DNA of 39,252 bases from an uncultured Luteolibacter sp. (GCA_964425095.1 CAYRLT010000458.1:1-39252); one strand, 5' to 3'; shown: positions 8,546-16,932, counted from the stretch's first letter. Notes: generated by a model from the letters alone, not told the origin. Made by a program: numbers and translations.

Positions 8546-8800
8546 ATGATCCCCGCCCAAGTCGTCGGCCACGCCGTTAGCAGCCATGGACACCCTTCAC
8601 TCAAGGGTTTCAAAATGCTGCTCTGCCAGGCCCTCGATGCCGCGGGAAATCCCGGGGGCGCTCCCATGGTCGCCATCGATCTCTTCGGTGCCGGCCTACA
8701 CTCGAAAGTTTTCGTCTCCACCGACGGCGTCGGCGCCCGCCACCTCGTCCACGATAAGAAATCCCCAATCCGCAACTTCATCCAAGGAGTCATTGATTGA
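8546..8800 (+). CDS. BMC-P (EutN/CcmL family) vertex protein
   Basis: MIPAQVVGHAVSS...VAIDLFGAG...STDG...SPIRNFIQGVID. Confidence 0.9.
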   Translation: MIPAQVVGHAVSSHGHPSLKGFKMLLCQALDAAGNPGGAPMVAIDLFGAGLHSKVFVSTDGVGARHLVHDKKSPIRNFIQGVID

Positions 8801-8801
8801 A

Positions 8802-8936
8802 TAAAAGCTGAAATTCTGAAACGCTGAAACGCTGAAATAAGATATCATGACATCTCATTTTCCACTATTTTCCACAAATCACCCGCAGAGCTTCCACTCT
8901 TCAATTTCAGCTTTTCAGCTTTTCAGCTTTTCAGTA
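8802..8936. repeat. Inverted element with (GCTGAAA)x4 left arm and (TTTCAGCT)x4 right arm
   Basis: AGCTGAAA TTCTGAAA CGCTGAAA CGCTGAAA (8806-8837) ... TTTCAGCT TTTCAGCT TTTCAGCT TTTCAGTA (8905-8936). Confidence 0.8.
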
Positions 8937-8950
8937 TTTATCTTCTAACC

Positions 8951-9262
8951 ATGCGCGTCTGCCAAGTCATCGGCCGAGTCACCCTCAGCATTCAAGACCC
9001 CTCCTTCAAAGGTGGCCGGTGGTTGATGTGCAATCCGCTCGATACCGAGAACTTCAACACTGCCTGCCAGACGCCCCCGCCGCTTTCCAACCAGTCCTCC
9101 CTCGTCGCCTATGATGATCTTGGCGCTGGTGATGGCGACATCGTCGGCATCGTGGAAGGCGCCGAAGCCACCGCACCATTTGATTACGACATTCCCATCG
9201 ACGCCATCACCGTCGCTATTTTTGAATCACTTTCCTACCTAGCACCTGCCAATCCATCCTGA
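8951..9262 (+). CDS. BMC-P (EutN/CcmL family) vertex protein
   Basis: MRVCQVIGRVTLS...VAYDDLGAGDGDIV...EGAEA...PIDAITVAIFE. Confidence 0.9.
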   Translation: MRVCQVIGRVTLSIQDPSFKGGRWLMCNPLDTENFNTACQTPPPLSNQSSLVAYDDLGAGDGDIVGIVEGAEATAPFDYDIPIDAITVAIFESLSYLAPANPS

Positions 9263-9275
9263 TTTCCACCAATTG

Positions 9276-9368
9276 ACCACAGATTAAGCAGATTACATAG
9301 ATTGCATGCATGACTCGTTTTTTCATCAAACCCGAAACCCTGTCTGTGTAATCTGAGCAATCTGTGGT
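9276..9368. repeat. Inverted element with 9-nt-period (CAGATT) arms
   Basis: ACCACAGATTAAGCAGATTACATAGA (9276-9301) vs TCTGTGTAATCTGAGCAATCTGTGGT (9343-9368): 22/26 Watson-Crick complementary plus one G-U. Confidence 0.8.
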
Positions 9369-9404
9369 TCAGAAAACCCGAATCACCAACAAGTTCCCAC
9401 CACG

Positions 9405-10490
9405 ATGAATAAGAAAGTCTTCACCGCCGCCGATATCGAAAACCTCCTCAAAGCCGGGAAATCCGCTGCTGACATTCCAGCTGGAGCGATCCTCACCCCT
9501 TCCGCAAAAGACGTGCTGCGCGATGGTCTGGGCTCGGTGTATGGAGCCGGATCCGCCGCCCCCGCACCCGCCGCTTTTGCCGAACCCATTCTTCCTAACT
9601 ACGAATACCACTGGACTCCTGGCAAAGACCCGAAAACCCCTGTCGAAATCGCCGCGTTCTTCAACTCGCCCGCCATCGTCGAGATCAAGCAACGCATGGT
9701 CGATATCGGCAAGCGCATGTGGGCCCGCGAATACACCGATGGCAATGGCGGCAACCTCACCATCCGCGTCGGCGACAACCTCGTGCTTTGCACACCAACT
9801 CTTGTTAGCAAAGGTTTCATGACACTTGAGCAAATGTGCCTCGTGGACATGGAAGGCACCCAGCTCGCCGGCAAGTATAAGCGCACCTCCGAGTGCATGA
9901 CCCACCTTGCCATCATGAAGCGTCAGCCCAAAGCCAAGGCTTGCTGCCACGCGCACCCACCACACGGCACCGCCTTCGCCGTCGCCGGTGTCCAACCGCC
10001 GACTTGCATGATCCCCGAAGCGGAAGTTTTCCTCGGCCAGATCGGCATGGCGGAATATCAAACTCCCGGCTCGCCCGCCAACGCTGAAGTGGTCGGCAAT
10101 GCCGCTGTCGATCACATGGCCGTGCTCATGGTCAATCACGGCGTCATCACCTGGGGCAAAGACATCGAAGACGCCTATTGGAAAATGGAAAACGTCGAGT
10201 CTTACTGCAAGACCGTCTGGGTCGCTTCCCAACTCAAAGGCGGCCAACTCCTCACCATCACCGGCGGCCAAGCCAAGGAACTCATTGGCCTGCGCAAAAC
10301 CCTCGGCATGGACGACAAACGCGCCAACTGGACCGAATGCCAACTCTGCGACAACGCCGAGTTCCAACCCGGCACCGTCTGCCGCGTTCCCGACCAATCC
10401 GCGGCACCAAGCTCCTCAACCAAGCTCGATCCCGAAGCCGAGAAACTCGTCCAAGTCCTCACCGACCAGATCATCGCTTCCATGAAGTGA
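9405..10490 (+). CDS. Class II aldolase (fuculose/rhamnulose-1-phosphate aldolase-like) with N-terminal extension and C-terminal encapsulation peptide
   Basis: Motifs GNGGNLTIR, CTPT..SKG, TSE..THLAI, CHAHPP and LMVNHGVITWG. C-terminal helix PEAEKLVQVLTDQIIASMK. Confidence 0.92.
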   Translation: MNKKVFTAADIENLLKAGKSAADIPAGAILTPSAKDVLRDGLGSVYGAGSAAPAPAAFAEPILPNYEYHWTPGKDPKTPVEIAAFFNSPAIVEIKQRMVDIGKRMWAREYTDGNGGNLTIRVGDNLVLCTPTLVSKGFMTLEQMCLVDMEGTQLAGKYKRTSECMTHLAIMKRQPKAKACCHAHPPHGTAFAVAGVQPPTCMIPEAEVFLGQIGMAEYQTPGSPANAEVVGNAAVDHMAVLMVNHGVITWGKDIEDAYWKMENVESYCKTVWVASQLKGGQLLTITGGQAKELIGLRKTLGMDDKRANWTECQLCDNAEFQPGTVCRVPDQSAAPSSSTKLDPEAEKLVQVLTDQIIASMK

Positions 10491-10599
10491 TCACACGGAG
10501 GTTTCTCAATCCATGCGACTTGAGGGGATTGCGACAAAGGGGTTGCGCGCGACGGCCTAGGCGACGCATGGTTTTGGCCGATCCAGTTCCTTTTCAACC

Positions 10600-11427
10600 A
10601 TGTCCGCCATTTCCGCCCGCCTTGCCGTTTGCAGTTGGTCCATGCAGCCTTCCTCTCCGGAGGAGTTGTTCATTAAGTTAGAGCAAACCGGGATTTCCCG
10701 GTTGCAGCTGAATCTCGATCCCTTGCGCGAGTCGCCGGAAGTTTGGGGCGGTTTCGCCGAGGCCGCCGCCGCGCGTGGCGTGGAGATCGTTTCCGGCATG
10801 TTCGGAACCATCGGCGAGGACTACTCGACGCTGGAAACCATCCGCGAAACCGGCGGCGTAGTGCCGGATGCAACGTGGGAGGCGAACCAAAAACATATCC
10901 TCGCCTGCGCCGACATCGCGCAGGCACTGGGCCTCAAACTCGTCACCTTCCACGCCGGATTCCTACCTCACGATCCCGCCGATCCAGACACGGTGAAACT
11001 CACCGGACGCATCCGCGAAATCGCCGGATGGTTCGCGGAACGCGGCATCGCACTGGCAACAGAAACCGGCCAAGAAAGCGCGGACACGCTGCGTGAGTTT
11101 CTGGAGCTCCTCGCTTGTGATAACGTCGGCGTGAATTTCGATCCCGCCAACATGCTGCTCTATGGCAAGGGCGACCCGATCGCCGCGATGCGCGAACTAG
11201 GCCCCTGGATCCGCCAGGTGCACATCAAGGACGCGAATGCGACGAAGGTGCCCGGCACATGGGGCGAGGAAGTGGTGGTCGGCACCGGAGAAGTTGATTG
11301 GAAAGCATTCTTCGCCACGCTGGAGGAACTCGGATTCCATGGAGACGCCTGCATCGAGCGCGAGGCGGGCAAGCAGCGCGTGGAAGACATCCGCGCCGCA
11401 AAGGATTATGTCACCTCACTCGCCTAA
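10600..11427 (+). CDS. Sugar-phosphate isomerase/epimerase (xylose-isomerase-like TIM barrel)
   Basis: Metal-binding motifs ATETGQE, VNFDPANM, VHIKD, GTGEVDW and CIERE. Confidence 0.88.
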   Translation: MSAISARLAVCSWSMQPSSPEELFIKLEQTGISRLQLNLDPLRESPEVWGGFAEAAAARGVEIVSGMFGTIGEDYSTLETIRETGGVVPDATWEANQKHILACADIAQALGLKLVTFHAGFLPHDPADPDTVKLTGRIREIAGWFAERGIALATETGQESADTLREFLELLACDNVGVNFDPANMLLYGKGDPIAAMRELGPWIRQVHIKDANATKVPGTWGEEVVVGTGEVDWKAFFATLEELGFHGDACIEREAGKQRVEDIRAAKDYVTSLA

Positions 11428-11440
11428 CTGATTTTTTCTT

Positions 11441-12490
11441 ATGAAAACAAAGCCATCTCCCACCCGCCCTGTGAACGTCGCCGTCGTCGGCCTTGGATTC
11501 ATGGGGGTGACGCACTTGCGCTCCTATCAAAAAATCCGCGGCGCGAAGGTGTTCGCCGTGTGCGATGCCATCCGCCAGCCGGTGAACGGCATCATCCCCG
11601 GTGTGGGTGGCAACATCCACGGCGCGGACGCCTTGGACCTCGGGCCGAAACTGCGCGCCTATCAAGATTACGATCTCCTGCTGGCCGACCCCGATGTGGA
11701 CCTCATCGACCTGTGCGTGCCTACCCCGCTGCACGTGCCGATGGCGGTGGCCGCGTTGAAGGCGGGCAAACATGTCGTGTGTGAAAAACCGATGGCCCGT
11801 GATGCTGTGGCATGCCGCAAAATCGTGCAGGCGGCCAAGAGTGCGAAAGGATTTCTAATGCCAGCAATGTGCATGCGCTTCTGGCCCGGTTGGTCGTGGA
11901 TCAAGGATGCAGTGGCCGACAAACGCTACGGCAAAGTGCTTGCCGCACGGTTCCGCCGGGTTTCCGAAAGCCCGGGTTGGAGCACTGCCAGCTACTTCGA
12001 CGGCAAGAACTCCGGCGGAGCGTTGCTAGATCTTCACATCCACGACAGCGATTTCATCCAGTTTGTCTTTGGCTTGCCGAAAAGTGTTTTCGCCCGCGGC
12101 ATCACGCGCTTCAGCGGCGCGATCGACCACGTGGTGGCGCAATACGATGTCGACTGCGGCGCGGTAGTTTCCGCCGAAGGCACCTGGTTGATGACCAAAG
12201 GCCACGGATTCGGCATGTCCTACACGATCAACTTTGAGAAGGCCACGGTGGACTTCGATTCATCCCGCGGAGCCGAGGCGCTGCGCGTGTTTGAAGACGG
12301 CAAAAAACCGAAGACCCTCAAGATCAAGGGCGACGATGGATACGTCGGCGAACTGCGCCACATGATCGAAAGCATCCGCGCAGGCAAAGCTCCCACCATC
12401 GTCACCCCCGAAGACGCCCTCAACGCCGTCCGCATCTGCGAGGCCGAGGAAAAATCCATCGCCACAGGCAAGCCGGTGTCGATTCGCTGA
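11441..12490 (+). CDS. Gfo/Idh/MocA-family NAD(P)-dependent oxidoreductase
   Basis: Motifs VVGLGFMG, DLCVPTPLH, GKHVVCEKPM and GGALLDLHIHD. Confidence 0.92.
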   Translation: MKTKPSPTRPVNVAVVGLGFMGVTHLRSYQKIRGAKVFAVCDAIRQPVNGIIPGVGGNIHGADALDLGPKLRAYQDYDLLLADPDVDLIDLCVPTPLHVPMAVAALKAGKHVVCEKPMARDAVACRKIVQAAKSAKGFLMPAMCMRFWPGWSWIKDAVADKRYGKVLAARFRRVSESPGWSTASYFDGKNSGGALLDLHIHDSDFIQFVFGLPKSVFARGITRFSGAIDHVVAQYDVDCGAVVSAEGTWLMTKGHGFGMSYTINFEKATVDFDSSRGAEALRVFEDGKKPKTLKIKGDDGYVGELRHMIESIRAGKAPTIVTPEDALNAVRICEAEEKSIATGKPVSIR

Positions 12491-12498
12491 GCGGCATT

Positions 12499-12730
12499 GC
12501 AGTAATAGACTTCAGTCCGTTACTGCCGCGCAAATGAAAAGCGAAGCGCCCCAAGGAGCGGCGGAACATGTCCGCCGATGCCCATGAGAAGCCAATGAAG
12601 TGAGCGAAGCACGTTCCATTGCCACTTCATGGTCAGGGCGAACCCGTTTTGCCCCTTGTGCAAAGCGAAGCATCCCAAGGTGGGGTAGTAAGCCCGCACG
12701 CGAATCCTTAGGCGCATTGGACTGAAATCC
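12499..12730. repeat. Structured intergenic element with REP-like ends, several hairpins and three GCGAAGC copies
   Basis: Hairpin GCAGTAA...TTACTGC (12499-12526) enclosing GACTTCAGTCC, with an inverted GGACTGAAATC near 12719. 17/19 direct repeat AAAGCGAAGCnnCCCAAGG at 12538 and 12662. Confidence 0.5.
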
Positions 12731-12757
12731 GGAAATGGTTTTCACCCGCATGATCGA

Positions 12758-13483
12758 TCATCCCCTCGTGAAGGGAAGGGGATTTCTGATCTCCTCGATT
12801 TCCGAGAGTTTCTTTTTGAAAACCCTGCCCGACAACAGCGGTTCGAAAATCAGGTTGTCTCCTGCAAAGCCCACCGGGGTCGAGCCGTGTTCGGGAATGC
12901 CATCAAATCCATCATACTGCGGAAGTTTTAAATACTTCACTTCCCACACATCATATTCGGATATCTTCGTGACGAGCGCATAGACATCGTGAGAGCCATC
13001 GCCACCACACCAAGTCTCGTAAATCAGCAGTCGCGTGCCGTCCTGAGAAATCAAAACTTCCTGTTTAAAACCGCCTTCTTCAATCGTCCCGGTCGTGACC
13101 GTGCTCGCCGTTTTCAACAGGCTTTTTCCGGAACGGGTGTTCTTCACCTCGTAAAATGAAGAGGTGGTGACCAGATTTGAGACACCAACTCCTCCGACGG
13201 GGATTGTGGCTCCCATTTTAAAAACCACGCTCAACGAACGGTCGGGAATCAAGGCCTTGGTTCCCACAAAGCGGACTTCACCCGCAGAAGCTATGGCGAT
13301 TTCTTCCTGTGTCGCCCGGATCAGGGCTTCTCGCTTGATCCAGGCATTCTCTTTTTTCTCTTGAGTCTCACGACCTCCGCCTGCCCGCTCTATGTTGGAA
13401 ATGTCACGAACGCTTTGGCACCCTGACAGACCTAACAAAAACACAGCGGCAACAAAGATTTTCAAATGGTGAAATTTTTGCAT
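12758..13483 (-). CDS. Predicted lipoprotein, hypothetical (about 241 aa)
   Basis: Signal and lipobox MQKFHHLKIFVAAVFLLGLSGC. AT-richer than its flanks. Confidence 0.7.
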   Translation of the reverse strand: MQKFHHLKIFVAAVFLLGLSGCQSVRDISNIERAGGGRETQEKKENAWIKREALIRATQEEIAIASAGEVRFVGTKALIPDRSLSVVFKMGATIPVGGVGVSNLVTTSSFYEVKNTRSGKSLLKTASTVTTGTIEEGGFKQEVLISQDGTRLLIYETWCGGDGSHDVYALVTKISEYDVWEVKYLKLPQYDGFDGIPEHGSTPVGFAGDNLIFEPLLSGRVFKKKLSEIEEIRNPLPFTRG

Positions 13484-13523
13484 ATCCGTTGTGATTTGAT
13501 CCGCCCGTTTCAAGGCGACTGCA

Positions 13524-14756
13524 TCAAGCCACCAGCGCCTTCAAGCGTCGGCAGACTTCCTCGACATTCGCGCGCGAGTTGAAGGCGGAGATGCGGAAGT
13601 AGCCCTCGCCGGCGGAGCCGAAGCCGGAGCCGGGGGTGATGACGACTTGGGCCTCACCTAACATTTTGTCGAACATATCCCACGAGCTGAGTCCGGCCGG
13701 GCAACCGACCCAGACGTAAGGCGCGTTTTCACCGCCGAAGACCGGCAGTCCGGCAGTGGCGGCGGCTTCGCGGAGGAGCTTGGCGTTGCCCATGTAGTGC
13801 TCGATGAGCGCGGAAACTTGTTGTTTTCCTTCCGGTGAAAACACCGCGGCGGCGGCCTTTTGCACGGGATAGCTGGCACCGTTGAACTTGGTGCTGTGGC
13901 GGCGGCTCCAGAGTTGGTGGAGCGGAATGCGGCTGCCGTCGTCGGCTTTGCCACTCACGGTTTTCGGGATGACGATGTAAGCGCAGCGGACGCCGGTGAA
14001 ACCACCGTTTTTCGAAAAGCTTCGGAACTCGATGGCGCAATCGCGCGCGCCTTCAATTTCGAAGATGGAGCGCGGGACTTCCGGATCCTGGATGAAGGCT
14101 TCGTAGGCGGCATCGAAGAGGATGATGGCGTCGTTTGCCTTGGCGTATTTCACCCAGGCTTCGAGTTGCGCGCGGGTGGCCACGGCACCGGTCGGGTTGT
14201 TCGGGAAACAGAGATAGATGAGGTCGGCTTTTTCGGTGGGCACATCCGCGACGAATTGGTTCGCGGCGTTGCACGGCAGATAGAGCAGGCCGGCATACGC
14301 GCCTTTTTCATCAGCGTCGCCGGTGTTGCCAGCCATCACGTTGGTATCGACGTAAACCGGATAGACGGGATCGGTGATCGCGATGACGTTGCCCTTGCCG
14401 AAGATGTCGAGGATGTTGCCGGTGTCGCACTTCGAGCCGTCCGAGATGAAAACCTCATCGGCGGAAATGCCGAGATTGGCGAACTGGTTGTCCACGATCG
14501 CCTGGCGGAGAAACTCGTAACCTTGCTCCGGGCCATAGCCTTTGAAAGTGGCGCGGTTGGCCATTTCATCCACGCCTTCATGCATCGCCTTGACCACTGC
14601 GGGCGGCAGCGGTTCGGTCACGTCGCCGATGCCGCAACGGATGATGCGGGCGGCTTTGTCGGGGTTCTGTTCGGTGTATACGCGCACCCGACGGGCGATT
14701 TCAGGGAACAGGTAACCGGCTTTGAGTTTGAGGAAATTGGAGTTGATGGCGGCCAT
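13524..14756 (-). CDS. dapL: LL-diaminopimelate aminotransferase
   Basis: Motifs [39 protein letters not shown] and [13 protein letters not shown] (PLP lysine). Confidence 0.95.
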   Translation of the reverse strand: MAAINSNFLKLKAGYLFPEIARRVRVYTEQNPDKAARIIRCGIGDVTEPLPPAVVKAMHEGVDEMANRATFKGYGPEQGYEFLRQAIVDNQFANLGISADEVFISDGSKCDTGNILDIFGKGNVIAITDPVYPVYVDTNVMAGNTGDADEKGAYAGLLYLPCNAANQFVADVPTEKADLIYLCFPNNPTGAVATRAQLEAWVKYAKANDAIILFDAAYEAFIQDPEVPRSIFEIEGARDCAIEFRSFSKNGGFTGVRCAYIVIPKTVSGKADDGSRIPLHQLWSRRHSTKFNGASYPVQKAAAAVFSPEGKQQVSALIEHYMGNAKLLREAAATAGLPVFGGENAPYVWVGCPAGLSSWDMFDKMLGEAQVVITPGSGFGSAGEGYFRISAFNSRANVEEVCRRLKALVA

Positions 14757-14839
14757 GGCGGCGCGGATTTAGCGTGCGGCTAAGGATCACGCAAGGACGG
14801 AGAAATCATAGCCGTTGGATCAAAGAATTTTGGATGAAA

Positions 14840-14966
14840 CGCCAAGACTCCAAGTGCGCCAAGGTTCAGAGAGAAAACTGGTGATTAAAAATTTTCTCAA
14901 CCCGCGTCCAACCTCCCCCCTCGGTCATATTTTTAAAGTTTCCTTGGCGCACTTGGCGTCTTGGCG
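14840..14966. repeat. Inverted element with triple-CCAAG arms
   Basis: CGCCAAGACTCCAAGTGCGCCAAGG (14840-14864) vs CCTTGGCGCACTTGGCGTCTTGGCG (14942-14966): 24/25 complementary. Confidence 0.85.
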
Positions 14967-15007
14967 GTGAAAAATTCCTTATTACAGAAGGAGCCCTGAC
15001 GCATGGC

Positions 15008-16027
15008 TCAATGCTCTTTCGGGGCGTTCCCGTGCTGGTGGTAGTGTTCGGAAAGCATGTCACGGCCGAAGTCGCCTTGAAAATCGCGCCAGGTGGTGTG
15101 GATGTGGTTGGCCTGATTCTGGGTGTTGGCGGCTTCCATCAAAAACGTGGGGCCTTGAATGCGGTAATACCAAGCCTCACCGCGCTGGGAGCCGCCGGCC
15201 CAGCCGAAGCGGATCTTATCGATCCCCGCAGCCTCGATTTTTTTCATGTCGGCAGCGGCGAGGTCATCGCGGTGGCGTCCGGTGTATGCGGAGATCAGTT
15301 CGAGCAATGCTTTTTTCTGGCCGTCGGACATCTTGCTGGCCGGAAGTCCGACGAGTTCGGGAGCGGTGGCCTTGCGGTTCTCGGCGGTGAGGATTTCCGC
15401 CGGGGCTTTTTCGCTGAAAACGACGTCCTTCTGGCCTTGTTCCAGGAGGCTTTGGAGCAAGGCGTGGGCAAGATCGTCTTCGGCTTTGAGGACGCGGAGA
15501 TTCTTGTGGGCGCCTTCACGCACTTCGGCGGGATTCGCACCGAAAAATGATGGAGTGACGGAAATTTGGCGGTTGTTGAGAATCGTGTAGTTGAGCGACA
15601 GATGGTGGCCTTCGATTTTCCATCCCCAGCCGCTTGCGTCGCCGGGTTTGCCGAAAATAGAAATGTGGTATTTGCCGGGATCGCGATACTCCGGGCGCTT
15701 TTCGATGTCCGCCAAAATGCCCTCAAGCGTCATGATTTGCATGGCCTTGAGCTGGCCGGTTTCGCTCAGGGCGCTCTTGAGCAGCTTTTGCGCGGCGGCT
15801 CGCTGGGCGGCGTCCATTTCCTTGAGCGCGAGCCCCGTGCGCGACTGCGGAGTGAAGCGGAAATGCTCCCGCCCCTCGTCGGCGAAAGCAAACGACGACT
15901 TTAGACGCTTGGCGTCATCGAGCGTGCCGAGGAAATTGTCGGCGGCGGATTTCATGGCGTCGATCGACGGCAGATCCGCTGCAGCGAGAGGTAGGGCGAG
16001 GAACAGGGCGAGCGGAAGAAATTTCAC
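15008..16027 (-). CDS. Secreted DUF3500-family protein
   Basis: Signal peptide from GTG 16027 (KFLPLALFLALPLAAA). Motifs WGWKIEGHHLSLN, TPSFFGANP, YYRIQGPTF and NHIHTTWRD...DFG. Confidence 0.82.
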   Translation of the reverse strand: MKFLPLALFLALPLAAADLPSIDAMKSAADNFLGTLDDAKRLKSSFAFADEGREHFRFTPQSRTGLALKEMDAAQRAAAQKLLKSALSETGQLKAMQIMTLEGILADIEKRPEYRDPGKYHISIFGKPGDASGWGWKIEGHHLSLNYTILNNRQISVTPSFFGANPAEVREGAHKNLRVLKAEDDLAHALLQSLLEQGQKDVVFSEKAPAEILTAENRKATAPELVGLPASKMSDGQKKALLELISAYTGRHRDDLAAADMKKIEAAGIDKIRFGWAGGSQRGEAWYYRIQGPTFLMEAANTQNQANHIHTTWRDFQGDFGRDMLSEHYHQHGNAPKEH

Positions 16028-16120
16028 GTCGGCCACTACCGGCGTCACGTCTGGATTCTATCACCGGTTCCGTGATGGACGGCGTTTGACAGCATTCGGG
16101 GGATTGGATATCCAAGAGGC

Positions 16121-16888
16121 ATGACCGAAGAGCCTCAGGACAAATGGTTTTACACGCATGAGGGCGAACGCCTCGGGCCCGTGGCATTTTCCGAGTTGCA
16201 GGCGACGGCACGTGAAGCCGGGCTGAATCCGCGATTGGACATGGCCTGGAAACAAGGGATGACGGAGTGGAAAGCCGCAGGCGAAATTGACGGACTATTT
16301 AAAAAAGGAGATGCGCCGGAGTCGCAGAAATCGCTGGCCTCGACGGCGGGGGGGGCGAATATATTAGAGCAAGAGGAATCGGTGGCCGAGGTGATGAGCC
16401 ATGAGGTTGATTGGCCCGGCGCTCGCAGAAGGAGTCTCCTCTTCATGACTTTCATTTTCCCGCTTATCTGGGGCGCGCTTTACAAGCAGCTCGCGTCGTT
16501 TCTCGAACCTCACTTGGGGCCGGAAATCATGCAATATATCGAACTCGCCGCCGCCTTGCTGCCTGTGATCTTCGTCATTTATTTCATCCTGATGCGGTTG
16601 GTGAATTTGGGAATGAGCCGTTGGTGGTTTTTCGGGATTTTCGTCCCGGCACTCAATTTATGGATTGGCTATCGGTGTTTCACCTGCCCACCGGGCTATG
16701 CCTATCACAAGAAGATCGATGGCGCGGGCATCATACTGGCGATTGTCTACTGGTTGTCCTTCTTGCTAATGCAGATCTCGATTGCGGCGTTGATCTTTAT
16801 CATGCTGGGAGAGGTGAAGAATCCCGCGCTGAAAGAACTGTTGGACAAGCTTCCCCCTGAACTCCGTGAAAAAATACTCAAACCGTGA
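16121..16888 (+). CDS. GYF_2 (DUF4339) domain membrane protein
   Basis: WFYTHEGERLGPV...AWKQGMTEWK followed by about 4 TM helices (RLVNLGMSRWW resembles DUF805). Confidence 0.8.
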   Translation: MTEEPQDKWFYTHEGERLGPVAFSELQATAREAGLNPRLDMAWKQGMTEWKAAGEIDGLFKKGDAPESQKSLASTAGGANILEQEESVAEVMSHEVDWPGARRRSLLFMTFIFPLIWGALYKQLASFLEPHLGPEIMQYIELAAALLPVIFVIYFILMRLVNLGMSRWWFFGIFVPALNLWIGYRCFTCPPGYAYHKKIDGAGIILAIVYWLSFLLMQISIAALIFIMLGEVKNPALKELLDKLPPELREKILKP

Positions 16889-16932
16889 TCCAGTGCTCGA
16901 AACTTGCCGATGAGCGTCGCGAGGCGGGCCCA

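Noticed and set aside
9369-10397. 342-aa minus-strand ORF
   Set aside because: Antisense shadow of the aldolase caused by GC3 bias; no recognisable motifs.
12538-12680. CRISPR array suggested by about 62-nt periodicity
   Set aside because: Only an 8-nt core is shared by all three units, the spacers are self-complementary, and there are no cas genes.
13860-14783. 307-aa plus-strand ORF
   Set aside because: Antisense shadow of dapL.
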